NCBI GenBank assembly: GCA_965228735.1
Contig: OZ245838.1
Location: 3,648,001-3,712,000, forward strand
Direction: 5' to 3'
Source of the DNA: Planctomycetota bacterium
GTDB taxonomy: Bacteria; Planctomycetota; UBA1135; UBA2386
Length of the DNA stretch: 64,000 nucleotides
Position numbers and translations under genes: made by a program. The notes under the pieces were generated by a model. The model was not told the DNA's origin and did no database searches. It saw nothing but the letters and a program-made list of their open reading frames with translations. Shown here piece by piece: positions 19,037-28,158 of the stretch (position 1 is the first letter of the stretch; each line of letters begins with the position of its first letter).

Positions 19037-20797
19037 TCAGTCCGCGTCGATGTTGACGAGGACCTTCTGCACGTCGAGCGTACGCGGTGCTTCGAGGATG
19101 CGCGCGGCGATACGCCGGCATTCGTCGATCGTGTAGCGCGCGAGCACCTTGAGCACGCCGCGCAGCCGCACCGGCGCGACCGAGAAGCGCCGGTAACCGA
19201 CGCCGACGTAGAACGGCAACCGCACCGGGTCGGCCGCGCTCTCGCCGAACAAGATCAGCGGCTTCTCGAGCTGTTCCGCCTGCCGCGCCATGCGGTGCAG
19301 CAGCTCGAACACGGACGGGTGCACCATCTGGTGGTATTCCCGCACCGCCGCGTTGTCGCGGTCCGCGGCGAGCAGATGCGCCTGCAGGTCGTCGATCGCG
19401 ACGACGGCGAAGTCGCTCTCGTTGAGCAGCGCCCGCAGCGACATCGCGGCGGCCGGCACCTCGATGATCGGCGCGATCTGGATGTTGGTCGCGCACTTCA
19501 CGCCCGCCTTGTTCAGCGCCAGGCGTTCTTCGATGACGGCGGCCTTGACGCGCTGCAGCTCCGGCACACCGGTCACGAACGGGACGAGCACGGCGATCTC
19601 GTCGATGCCGCACGCCGCGCGCAGGATCGCGCGGAGCTGCATGCGCATGACTTCCTGGTGGGCCAGCAGGCCCCGCACGCCGCGTCGCCCCATCGCCGGG
19701 TTGCGCTCCTGCGCCGCCGCGCGGTCCGTCGCGCCGGCCTGCTGCGCCCGCGCCTCCAGCGTCGCCGCCATCACGTCGAGTAGCCGGAACGCGACCGGCC
19801 GCGCCGTGTCACCGCCCGACTGCTGGGATTCGATGATCTGCTGATAGCTCCGGACCAGGTCGTCCTCGACCGGCTGCCGCTCGGCGACGAGGAACTGCAG
19901 CTCCGTGCGGAAGAGGCCGATCCCCTCCATGCCGAACGTGCGCACGAGCTCGGCTTCACCGGCGCTGCCGCAGGCGCCGAGCATCCGGACCGCCGTGCCG
20001 TCGCGCGTCGTGTGCACCGCCTCGGCCGGCGCCTGCGACTCTTCGCGCGTCGACTTCCAGCGCTCGGCCGCGGCCGTCGACTGCGCGATCGTCGCGTCGT
20101 CCGGCGCAACGACGAGCTCGCCGTTGGTCGCGTCGAGCACGACGACGTCACCATCGCGCAGGAGCGCCGGCAGGTTCGAGATCCCGGTCACGGTCGGGAT
20201 GCCCATGCCGCGCGCGAGGATCGCCGCGTGCGAACTCATGCCACCTTCCTCGGCGACGATGCCCTCGACTCGATCGTTGTCGAGGTTGAACATGTCCGCC
20301 GTCGTGAGCCGCGACGCCGCGAGGATGTAGGGCCCGGCCGGCGCGCCGCTCGCCGTGATCTCGTCGCTCGGCAGGTTGCGCAAGAGCCGGGTGGCGACGT
20401 CGCGCAGGTCGCTCGCACGACGCCGCAGCAGATCGCTCTCGACGAGCTGGAAGATGCGGTCGTACTTGTCGAACACGAGCTGCACGGCCTCGCGCACGGA
20501 CAGCCGCTCCTGCATCACCTGCCCTTCCATCTCGCTGACGAACATCGGGTCGCCGAGATAGGCGAGGTGCGCGTCGAAGATCCGCAGCTCCGCCTCGCCG
20601 AGCGAGTCCGACTGCTTCTGCTTGATCTCCTCGATCTGTTCGCGACTGCGCTGGAGCGACTCGCGCAACCGATTGAGCTCGGCCTCGATCTCGTCGCTCG
20701 CCAGCCGGCGGCCGGTGTCTTCCGCGGCGAACCCGCGCAGGAACACCGGCCCGACGGAAATGCCCGGGGCCACCGATTCGCCGCGGACGCGATTCAT
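19037..20797 (-). CDS. PTS Enzyme I-like phosphoenolpyruvate-protein phosphotransferase (atypical)
   Basis: IFDAHL..L.D, RASDLRDV, phospho-His motif GGMSSHAAILARGMGIP, GIGLFRTE, NPAMGRRGVR, IEVPAA; catalytic CGE reads FGE; no GAF domain. Confidence 0.9.
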   Translation of the reverse strand: MNRVRGESVAPGISVGPVFLRGFAAEDTGRRLASDEIEAELNRLRESLQRSREQIEEIKQKQSDSLGEAELRIFDAHLAYLGDPMFVSEMEGQVMQERLSVREAVQLVFDKYDRIFQLVESDLLRRRASDLRDVATRLLRNLPSDEITASGAPAGPYILAASRLTTADMFNLDNDRVEGIVAEEGGMSSHAAILARGMGIPTVTGISNLPALLRDGDVVVLDATNGELVVAPDDATIAQSTAAAERWKSTREESQAPAEAVHTTRDGTAVRMLGACGSAGEAELVRTFGMEGIGLFRTELQFLVAERQPVEDDLVRSYQQIIESQQSGGDTARPVAFRLLDVMAATLEARAQQAGATDRAAAQERNPAMGRRGVRGLLAHQEVMRMQLRAILRAACGIDEIAVLVPFVTGVPELQRVKAAVIEERLALNKAGVKCATNIQIAPIIEVPAAAMSLRALLNESDFAVVAIDDLQAHLLAADRDNAAVREYHQMVHPSVFELLHRMARQAEQLEKPLILFGESAADPVRLPFYVGVGYRRFSVAPVRLRGVLKVLARYTIDECRRIAARILEAPRTLDVQKVLVNIDAD

Positions 20798-21022
20798 CGG
20801 CGCGGGCCCTCCGCGTTTTCCCGGCTTCGACACACGGCAGACGACATTGGCAACTGGATCATGGCTGGCGGGGAAGCGCCGACGGCACGGGCGCGAGCGC
20901 GCGCCCTGGCTGGCCCAGGGCGGCCGTCGTCGTGCGGCGAAAGGTAGCGCGTCCCCCAGCCCTCGTGTAGACATTGCATACTGGCATGTGGGCTTCTGCC
21001 CTCGAGGCCACGCTCATCCGAG

Positions 21023-21880
21023 ATGGGAATCCACCCGACCGCCATAGTCGCATCCGGCGCCGAACTCGGCGAGGACGTCGAAATCGGCCCGTATTGCGTG
21101 GTCGGTGATCGGGTCCGTCTCGGCGCCCGGACGCGGCTCGTCGCCCACGTCGTCGTCGACGGCGATACGGTGCTCGGCAGCGACTGCGAGATCTTCCCGT
21201 TCGCCACGGTGGGCTGTCAGCCACAGGACAAGAAGCTCAAGGGCGACGACCCGGGTGGCCGGCTGCGGATCGGCAGCCACAACCGGATCCGCGAGAGCGT
21301 GACGATCCACGGCGGCACCGCGTACGGCAGCGGCCAGACCACGATCGGCGACCACAACATGCTGCTCGTCGGCTCCCACATCGGGCACGACGCGACGGTC
21401 GGCAACAACGTCGTGCTCACGAACGGCGCGATGGCCGCCGGTCATACCGTGATCGGCGACCGCGCGATCCTCGGCGCGATGGTCGGGATCCACCAGTTCG
21501 CGCGTATCGGTCGGCTCGCGATGATCGGCGCGGGTGCGATGGTGTCCCACGACGCCCCACCGTTCGCTACCATCCAGGGCGACCGCGCCAAGCTCGTCGC
21601 CGTGAACCTGATCGGCATGGATCGCAACGGGTTCGACGCCGAGCAAAAGGCCGTGGTCAAACGCGTCTTCCGACTCCTTTTCTGGCGCACCGGCCCGTTG
21701 CACGATCGACTCGAGGCCGTGCGCAGCAACCCGCTGCACAGTGACCCGCTCGCGCGTGAGATCGTCGACTTCGTGGCAGAAAGCAAACGCGGCGTCTGCT
21801 CGCCGCGCTCCGGCCGTCTCTCCCCGCGCGCTTCGCACCGGCCGCAGAGCGCCGAGAGCGGCGATGCCACGATGGCGTGA
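21023..21880 (+). CDS. lpxA: Acyl-ACP--UDP-N-acetylglucosamine O-acyltransferase
   Basis: IHPTAIV, hexapeptide repeats, PQDKK, IRESVTIHGGT, HIGHD (catalytic His), IHQF, HDAPPF, VNLIGM.RNGF. Confidence 0.9.
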   Translation: MGIHPTAIVASGAELGEDVEIGPYCVVGDRVRLGARTRLVAHVVVDGDTVLGSDCEIFPFATVGCQPQDKKLKGDDPGGRLRIGSHNRIRESVTIHGGTAYGSGQTTIGDHNMLLVGSHIGHDATVGNNVVLTNGAMAAGHTVIGDRAILGAMVGIHQFARIGRLAMIGAGAMVSHDAPPFATIQGDRAKLVAVNLIGMDRNGFDAEQKAVVKRVFRLLFWRTGPLHDRLEAVRSNPLHSDPLAREIVDFVAESKRGVCSPRSGRLSPRASHRPQSAESGDATMA

Positions 21881-23438
21881 CGCCGGCGCCGCGGACCGTC
21901 GAGCACGGCACCCGGCGCGACTGCTCTGGTTCGGTTTGCTGACGGCCGCGCTCGTCCTGGGCCTCGGGCTCCCCGTCCGAGGTCAGGACCCGGGTGCCCA
22001 ACCGCAGACGGATCCGAAGGCGAGCGCCGGCTCGAAGACCCCGGCCGTGAAGGAGCCGGCGAGCCAGCAACCCGAGACGCCACGGCAACCGCCGCAGTTC
22101 GTCCGCTTCCGCGCGCCCGACGGCTCGCGGTTCGTCCTCGTTCCGCGTCCGAACCTCGGGCACGTGCACTGGGCCGTCGCGACCCCGGCCGACGCGAGCG
22201 TCGACCCGCCGGGCCTGCGCGGGCTCGTGCACGCCGTGCAGCGGGCGTCGCTCGGCGGCACCTGGCAGATCGGCAGCCGCGACGGCGACCGGGAGCGCGC
22301 GACGCTCGCGGAGCTGAGCCGAACGCAGGATGAATTGCTCGACAACCCAGGGAATGCCGAACTCGCGCAGCGCTCGCAACAACTCGAGGCCACGCTCGAG
22401 GCACTCGGTGACGACCAGGTCTTCGCGCGCGTGCTCGCGGCCGCGCCGGCGCACGACCCGCAGATCGACGTGCGCGATGGCGTCGCCCTGCTGTCGCTCG
22501 TGACGACGCCGTGGGCGATCGGCGACGTCGGACAGCTGCTCGTCGAACGGCGCGAGGCCCAGGCCCTGCGTGGCCTGCCGCAGCACTGGTTCGCGGAGAT
22601 CGGCGGTCGCATGGCGTTGTTCGGACGCGACCCGCTCGCGGCGCTGCACGCCGAGTTGCTCGCTCTCGCGATGCCGGGCCACCCGGAAACGGACGCCGCG
22701 GGCCGCCCGGGCCGATCGGTGCCGCACCGGAGCCAGGCGCGCGCCGTATGGAACGCCACGCAACATCCCACGCGCACGATTCACGTCCTGCTCGGTGGCT
22801 TCGACGTCGAGGCGACGAAGACGGTGCTGCAGTCGACGTTCGCTGCGACCGCGCTGCCCGCACCGCCCGCGACGGCTGCGGCGCCGCCGCGCGCACCGCG
22901 CGCGATTCGCCGCTCGACGGTGCCGGGCACCGGGCGTTCGATCCTCGCGTTCGCCTGGGTCCTGCCGCCGATCGAGGATCCCGGGCTGCTCGCTGTCACG
23001 ACACTGTGGTTGGCGGGCGGCGAGCGCAGCCACCTCGCCACGCAGCTACGGCAGCGCGGCCACCGCAACGTGAAGGTCGACGCCGTCGCACCCTGGCCGC
23101 TCGTGCCACAGGGCCGCAGCCTGTTGCGCATCGAGGTCGAGCTGCCGAAACCGACCCCCGGGGTCGCCGAGGCCGTTCTCGAGATCTGCCGCGCAACGAT
23201 GGAGTCACCGCCGCAACGGGCAGAGCTCGGCCGGCGGATCCGCGATCTGCGCAGCGCCCATACGCTCATCTCGGCCGAACCCCGCCGGCTGGCCGCCGAC
23301 ATCGCGCGCCGGACCCTGCTGTGGCCGGGATCGAAGGTGCGCCTCGCACCAACGAACAAGCCGGCACCAAAAGCCACCCACGGGCTGCTCCGCGCGATCT
23401 TCGAGAATCACCCCGTGGTCGTGGAGGGCCGTCCATGA
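21864..23438 (+). CDS. Secreted M16 (insulinase) family protein lacking the HxxEH motif
   Basis: Signal peptide; DGSRFVLVPR and DPPGLRGLVHAVQRASLGGTWQIGSRD align with the M16B GxAHxxEHxxFKG..IG..D region, but the zinc ligands are absent; start overlaps the lpxA end. Confidence 0.7.
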   Translation: MPRWRDAGAADRRARHPARLLWFGLLTAALVLGLGLPVRGQDPGAQPQTDPKASAGSKTPAVKEPASQQPETPRQPPQFVRFRAPDGSRFVLVPRPNLGHVHWAVATPADASVDPPGLRGLVHAVQRASLGGTWQIGSRDGDRERATLAELSRTQDELLDNPGNAELAQRSQQLEATLEALGDDQVFARVLAAAPAHDPQIDVRDGVALLSLVTTPWAIGDVGQLLVERREAQALRGLPQHWFAEIGGRMALFGRDPLAALHAELLALAMPGHPETDAAGRPGRSVPHRSQARAVWNATQHPTRTIHVLLGGFDVEATKTVLQSTFAATALPAPPATAAAPPRAPRAIRRSTVPGTGRSILAFAWVLPPIEDPGLLAVTTLWLAGGERSHLATQLRQRGHRNVKVDAVAPWPLVPQGRSLLRIEVELPKPTPGVAEAVLEICRATMESPPQRAELGRRIRDLRSAHTLISAEPRRLAADIARRTLLWPGSKVRLAPTNKPAPKATHGLLRAIFENHPVVVEGRP

Positions 23439-25558
23439 CGCGCGCCGGACACTCTGCGCTCGTCGCCGCCCTGCTCGGGGTCGCCGGCATCGCCGCGAGC
23501 TGCGGCAGCGCGCCACCGCCGCCGCTGCCCCAGCCGTCGCCGAACGCAGCCGACCCGCGGCAACCAGAGCCGCCACCGGTCGAGCCGACCGCGGTCGCCG
23601 CGCCACGTGCCCTCGCCAAGGTCGAGCGTCTCGGGAACGGGCTCAACGTCGTCCTGTTGCCGCATCGCCGTGGCACCATGGCCCAGGTGCAGGTCGGGCT
23701 GCTGGCCGGCGCCGACTTCGTCGCACCGGGACTCGCCGAACTCGCGGCCGAGGTCTTCGTGGGCAGCGCCGACGCCACGGCGAACCGCGTCAGCCTGCGG
23801 CAGGTCACCGCGAACCTCGGCGGCACGCTCACGATCGAGGTCAACCCGCTGAGCACGTGGATCACGTTCCGCGTGCCGGAGTTCTCGTGGGCCAGGCTGC
23901 AGGAGCCGCTGCTCGCGGCGCTCTCGGCCCCGACGATCTCGCGGCCGCAGATCGACCGGTTGCGCGACGAGCTCGTCGTCACCCGCATCCGCGAAGTGTG
24001 GGAACGACCCGAGGTGGAGATCCCACGCGCGTTCCGCCTCGGCTTCGGCAGCACCGCGAACTACGTGGCCGCGCTGCTCGAACGCGACCCGAGCGAGGTC
24101 TCGCTGTTCGTGTCGCGGCTCTATCGCCCGGAGTCGACGATCCTCGCGCTCGACGTCCCCGGCGCCCGCCCAGCGATCATGAAACAGGTGCAGGAAGGGG
24201 TCGGCCGCTGGCCGCTGCCGACGACCGCCCGCCAGGCGGTCGACATCACGGAGCGGCGGCTCGAGACCGGGCTCTACTGGGCGCCGGCCGCGCCCGCACC
24301 CCTTTGTCGCGCGATGCTCGTGCTGCCGTTGCCCGACCTCGGCAACACGTTCGCCGCGGAGCTGTTCGTCCTGCACGCCTGTCTCACGCTCGACGGCGTC
24401 GGCGGCCGGCTCGAGCAGCTGCAGCGCGAGAACGGCCTCGACGACGTCGCCTGGGAGTCCGCGTTCGTCGATCTCGCCGACGTCCCGGCTCTCGTCCTGA
24501 CCACGACGACGGCGCCGGAGAGGGTGCCGCAGCTGTTCCGCGTCGCGCAGGCCGCCCGGCTGTCCTTCGCCGAACTGCCGCCGACCCCGTCCGAGCTGCA
24601 GCTCGCGCTGCGGCGCGCCCGCCTCACCGCGCAGCTCCTCACCGATCGCGCGAGCGCTCGCGGTCGGGCGTTCGCCAGCAGCGCGATGCGTCGCGAGGCC
24701 AGCGACCGCCTGGAACGGCGTTTCGCGGTGCTCGGGCAGCCGGGTCGCTTCCCGGCCGAGGGCGCGGCCAAGATCTACCTGCGTGAGCCGGCAGCCATGA
24801 TCGCGCTCGGCGCGACGCCGCCCGACGATCTGCCGGAGGGCGAATTCACCTCGTTCGAACTGCTGCCGCCCGGCGCGCTAGCGCGACTCGTGAGCGACGA
24901 CCCTAAGGTCCAGGCCATCGCCGCTTCGCCGTGGCTCGACCGCGCGATCGAAGCCGCCGGTGGTCGCACGCTGCTGGGTCAGATCCGCGGCGCGCGCGCG
25001 ACCTCGACCCTGCAGAGCGCCGCGGCGCCGGCGATCGAGCAGACGATCGAATGGCGTGCTCAACCGCTGCAGGTGACGCGCACCCGCGACGTTCTCGGAA
25101 CCCGGATCGCGACCTCGATCGGCAAGAACGAGGCGCTGGAGACGAGCGGCGGCAAGGAGGTCCCCGTGCCGCCGCGTGAGGTCGCGCTCCTGCGTCGCGA
25201 GCTCCAGCGCCACCCGATCGCGCTGCTCGCGGCGACCGTGCGCGGCGAGCTCGCGTTCCGACCGCTGGCCCAGCGCACGGTCGGCGACCGCGACCTCATG
25301 GTCCTCGAGGCCGTCGGGGACGCGATGGGCTTCGACCGCCTGCGCATCCACATCGACATCGCGTCGCACCTCATCCGGGCGGTCGAGGCGTGGGAGACCG
25401 CCGCGAACGGCAGTCTCTTCCACGTGCGCGACGCGTGGTCGGACTACCGCATGGCGGGCGGCGCGCGCGCCCCGTTCCGGCGGCTGACCGAGCACGACGC
25501 CGGGCAGAACCGGATCGAGTGCGTCTACTCGAGCTGGGAACCGCTGCTCGAGCGCTGA
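23435..25558 (+). CDS. M16-like lipoprotein (non-catalytic) with C-terminal beta-rich domain
   Basis: Lipobox AASC, Pro-rich linker, LGNGLNVVLL, PGLAELAAE, LGG.L, LYRPE..ILA; C-terminal AIEAAGG...SDYR..GG..APFR domain; ATGA overlap. Confidence 0.7.
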   Translation: MTRAGHSALVAALLGVAGIAASCGSAPPPPLPQPSPNAADPRQPEPPPVEPTAVAAPRALAKVERLGNGLNVVLLPHRRGTMAQVQVGLLAGADFVAPGLAELAAEVFVGSADATANRVSLRQVTANLGGTLTIEVNPLSTWITFRVPEFSWARLQEPLLAALSAPTISRPQIDRLRDELVVTRIREVWERPEVEIPRAFRLGFGSTANYVAALLERDPSEVSLFVSRLYRPESTILALDVPGARPAIMKQVQEGVGRWPLPTTARQAVDITERRLETGLYWAPAAPAPLCRAMLVLPLPDLGNTFAAELFVLHACLTLDGVGGRLEQLQRENGLDDVAWESAFVDLADVPALVLTTTTAPERVPQLFRVAQAARLSFAELPPTPSELQLALRRARLTAQLLTDRASARGRAFASSAMRREASDRLERRFAVLGQPGRFPAEGAAKIYLREPAAMIALGATPPDDLPEGEFTSFELLPPGALARLVSDDPKVQAIAASPWLDRAIEAAGGRTLLGQIRGARATSTLQSAAAPAIEQTIEWRAQPLQVTRTRDVLGTRIATSIGKNEALETSGGKEVPVPPREVALLRRELQRHPIALLAATVRGELAFRPLAQRTVGDRDLMVLEAVGDAMGFDRLRIHIDIASHLIRAVEAWETAANGSLFHVRDAWSDYRMAGGARAPFRRLTEHDAGQNRIECVYSSWEPLLER

Positions 25559-25571
25559 CGGGCGCCGGCCG

Positions 25572-26645
25572 CTATGCCGGGAAGACGTCGATCTCGGTTG
25601 CCTTGAGCGCGGCCCAGATGCGCCCGCCCGCGCCGAGTCCGAGGTCGGCGACGGCAGCCGGCGTGACCTCGGCGACGAGCGGCACGTCGCCGCCGAGCTG
25701 CACCCGCACGCGATTGCCCGCGGCCTCGAGCGCTTCGATCGGCACCTCGAAGACGTTCCGCGGCGAGCCATCGGGGCGCTGGCGGTAGAGCGCGACCGCG
25801 CGCGGGTGGACCGTCGCGAGCACTTCACCGTGCAGTTCGGCCGGCACGACGAGACTGCCGCCGCCATGCAGCGTGAGACGACCATCCCGGAGCGAGCCGC
25901 GCAACAGGTTCACGCCGACGAGGTCGGCGACGTAGCGCGAGCGCGGACGGCTGCAGATCGTCGCCACCGTTTCCACCTGGGTGAGCCGTCCGTTCTCGAG
26001 CACGGCGACGCGGTCCGCGAGCGCCAACGCGTCGATCGCGTCGTGCGCGACGACGAGCCGAACGCCGTCGAAGTCCGCGAGATGCCGGCGCAGTTCGCTG
26101 CGGAGCTCGACCCTGGCCGTCGCGTCGACCGCGGCGAGCGGTTCGTCGAGCAGCAGGATGTCCGGTTCGGCGGCGAGCGCTCGCGCGATCGCCACGCGCT
26201 GGGCCTGCCCGACGGAGAGGTCCGTGGCGCGCCGCTCCGCGACTGCCGCCATGCCGACGCGTTCCAGCCACAGCGCGGCGGCCGTGCGCGCCGTCGCGAA
26301 GCCGGCGCCGCGCGACGCCGGTCCGAACGCGACGTTGTCGACCACCGACAGGTGCGGGAACAGCAACGGCTCCTGGAAGACGAGCCCGACCCCGCGATCC
26401 TCGGGCGGCACGTTGGCGACCTCCCGGCCGGCCTCGACGCGAACCAGATCGCGCCCGGCCCAACGGATGTGGCCGTTCCGGACCGGCAACAGCCCGGCGA
26501 CGGCCGCGAGCAGCGTGCTCTTGCCCGCGCCGTTCGGGCCCACTATCGCGACCGTCTCGCCGCGCTCCACGGCGAGATCGACCGCGAGATCGAGCGTGCC
26601 ACGCCGGAGGTCGAACGCGAGCTCGAGACGTTCGGCGCCCGTCAC
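25572..26645 (-). CDS. modC: Molybdate ABC transporter ATP-binding protein
   Basis: GPNGAGKST, LFPHLSV.DNVAFG, LSVGQ, LLLDEP, C-terminal TOBE domain (SPRN...ALKAT). Confidence 0.9.
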   Translation of the reverse strand: MTGAERLELAFDLRRGTLDLAVDLAVERGETVAIVGPNGAGKSTLLAAVAGLLPVRNGHIRWAGRDLVRVEAGREVANVPPEDRGVGLVFQEPLLFPHLSVVDNVAFGPASRGAGFATARTAAALWLERVGMAAVAERRATDLSVGQAQRVAIARALAAEPDILLLDEPLAAVDATARVELRSELRRHLADFDGVRLVVAHDAIDALALADRVAVLENGRLTQVETVATICSRPRSRYVADLVGVNLLRGSLRDGRLTLHGGGSLVVPAELHGEVLATVHPRAVALYRQRPDGSPRNVFEVPIEALEAAGNRVRVQLGGDVPLVAEVTPAAVADLGLGAGGRIWAALKATEIDVFPA

Positions 26646-27442
26646 TGCGCCCTCCGCGCGGGCAGCCAGCGTTCGCGCAGACCGAACAGGATCGCCGCCG
26701 ACACCGCGATCAGCACGAGACTCATCGCGAGTGCTGTGTCCATGTCACTCTCGAGTGCCGCGGCGATGGCGAGCGGCATCGTGCGCGTCACGCCTTCGAG
26801 GCTGCCGGCGAACGTGATCGTCGCGCCGAACTCGCCGAGCGCGCGGGCCCACGCGACGACGAGCGCCGTCAGCAGCGTCGGCCCGAGCATCGGCAGGACC
26901 ACGCGCCGGAAGCGCAGCAGCGGCGAGGCGCCGAGCGTCGCGGCGACCGCGGTGTAGCGCGAATCGAAGGCCCGGAGGCCCGCTTCCGCCGCGAGCACGA
27001 AGAACGGCATCGCGACGTAGAGCTCCGCGATCACGACGCCGGCCGGCGAGAACGGCAGCACGAGCCCGAGCCAGTCGTGCAGCGGTTCACCGACGAGGCC
27101 TCGCCGCCCGAACGCCGCGAGCAGCGCCGCGCCGACGACGACGGGCGGCATCACGAGCGGCAGCGTGACGAGCACGCGCACCACACGCCGCAGCCTCGAA
27201 TCGCGCGCAGCCAGCCAGACGGCGAGCGGCAGCCCCAGCAATCCGGCGAGCACCGCCGCCGCGAGCGCGCAAACGATGGACAGCAGCAACGCCGAACCGA
27301 CCTCGCCGGAGACGAACGCCGCCGGCCGCCCCCAGGGCGCCCGCACCACGACGCCCAGGATCGGCAAGGCGAAGAACAGCACCGCGAGCCCCACGGGCAC
27401 GAGCGCCGCCACCGTCACGAGGTCGCGCCGACGCGGGTTCAC
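26642..27442 (-). CDS. modB: Molybdate ABC transporter permease
   Basis: LPLVMPPVVVG.ALL.AFGRRG, WARALGEFGATITFAG..EG.T.TMPL. Confidence 0.93.
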   Translation of the reverse strand: MNPRRRDLVTVAALVPVGLAVLFFALPILGVVVRAPWGRPAAFVSGEVGSALLLSIVCALAAAVLAGLLGLPLAVWLAARDSRLRRVVRVLVTLPLVMPPVVVGAALLAAFGRRGLVGEPLHDWLGLVLPFSPAGVVIAELYVAMPFFVLAAEAGLRAFDSRYTAVAATLGASPLLRFRRVVLPMLGPTLLTALVVAWARALGEFGATITFAGSLEGVTRTMPLAIAAALESDMDTALAMSLVLIAVSAAILFGLRERWLPARRAQ

Positions 27443-28152
27443 GGCAACTCGAAGCCCGCCGCCCGCAGCTCGCGCCGCGCCGGCTCGGTGAAGAGGAACT
27501 CGTCGAACGCGCCGGCGAGCGGCCGTTCGTTCAACACGGCGACGGGATACCGCGCCTCGACCGCGTGCGCGGCCGCGATCGGGATCCCCGTGATGTCGCC
27601 GCCGGCCCGCGCGACGTCGGTCTCGTAGACCACGGCCGCATCGATCTCGCCGAGCCGCAACTTGGTCAGGAGCGCCGTGACGTTCGGTTCGTCCGACACC
27701 GATCGCACCGTGACGCCGGCGCGCGCCAGCGCCATGCGCGCGTAGCGCCCGGCAGGCACATCGATCGCGCAGAGCGCGACGACGAGGTCCTCGCGCGCGA
27801 GATCGTGCAGGCCCGCGACCCGGTGCGGATTGCCGGCCGGGACGGCGACCGCCAGGCGGTTCTGCGCGAAGACGCGGCCGTTGTCGCTCACGAACGCCAT
27901 CTGCCGTTCGTCGGCAGCGACGAACACGTCGGCAGCGGCACCCTCACGAATCTGCATCACGAGCTGCGGGGTCCCCGCCGCGTGCACCTGCACCCGCACC
28001 CCCGGATGCAGCTGTTCGAACTCCGCGGCGATCCGCGCGACGGGCGCAGCGATCGAAGCGGCCGCGAACACGAGCAGCTCGCCGTCGCGCGGCGCGCACC
28101 CCGCCAGCATGACGAGCAGCGCGATCGCGACAACGCGGGAGCGGCCGTCCAC
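27439..28152 (-). CDS. modA: Molybdate ABC transporter substrate-binding lipoprotein
   Basis: Lipobox LAGC, LVFAAAS, QI.EGA.ADVF.AAD, VPAGRYA, GEIDAAVVY.TD. Confidence 0.9.
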   Translation of the reverse strand: MDGRSRVVAIALLVMLAGCAPRDGELLVFAAASIAAPVARIAAEFEQLHPGVRVQVHAAGTPQLVMQIREGAAADVFVAADERQMAFVSDNGRVFAQNRLAVAVPAGNPHRVAGLHDLAREDLVVALCAIDVPAGRYARMALARAGVTVRSVSDEPNVTALLTKLRLGEIDAAVVYETDVARAGGDITGIPIAAAHAVEARYPVAVLNERPLAGAFDEFLFTEPARRELRAAGFELP

Positions 28153-28158
28153 CGGATG

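Noticed and set aside
19037..20797. ptsP (EI-Ntr) or ptsI symbol
   Set aside because: There is no GAF domain and the PEP site is altered, so orthology is uncertain.
22511..23434. Long N-terminal extensions in the track (also on 30..2141, 1547..2839, 6537.., 33023.., 45571.., 60251.., 62204..63964)
   Set aside because: They overlap upstream genes in another frame; downstream starts give signal peptides or stop/start coupling.
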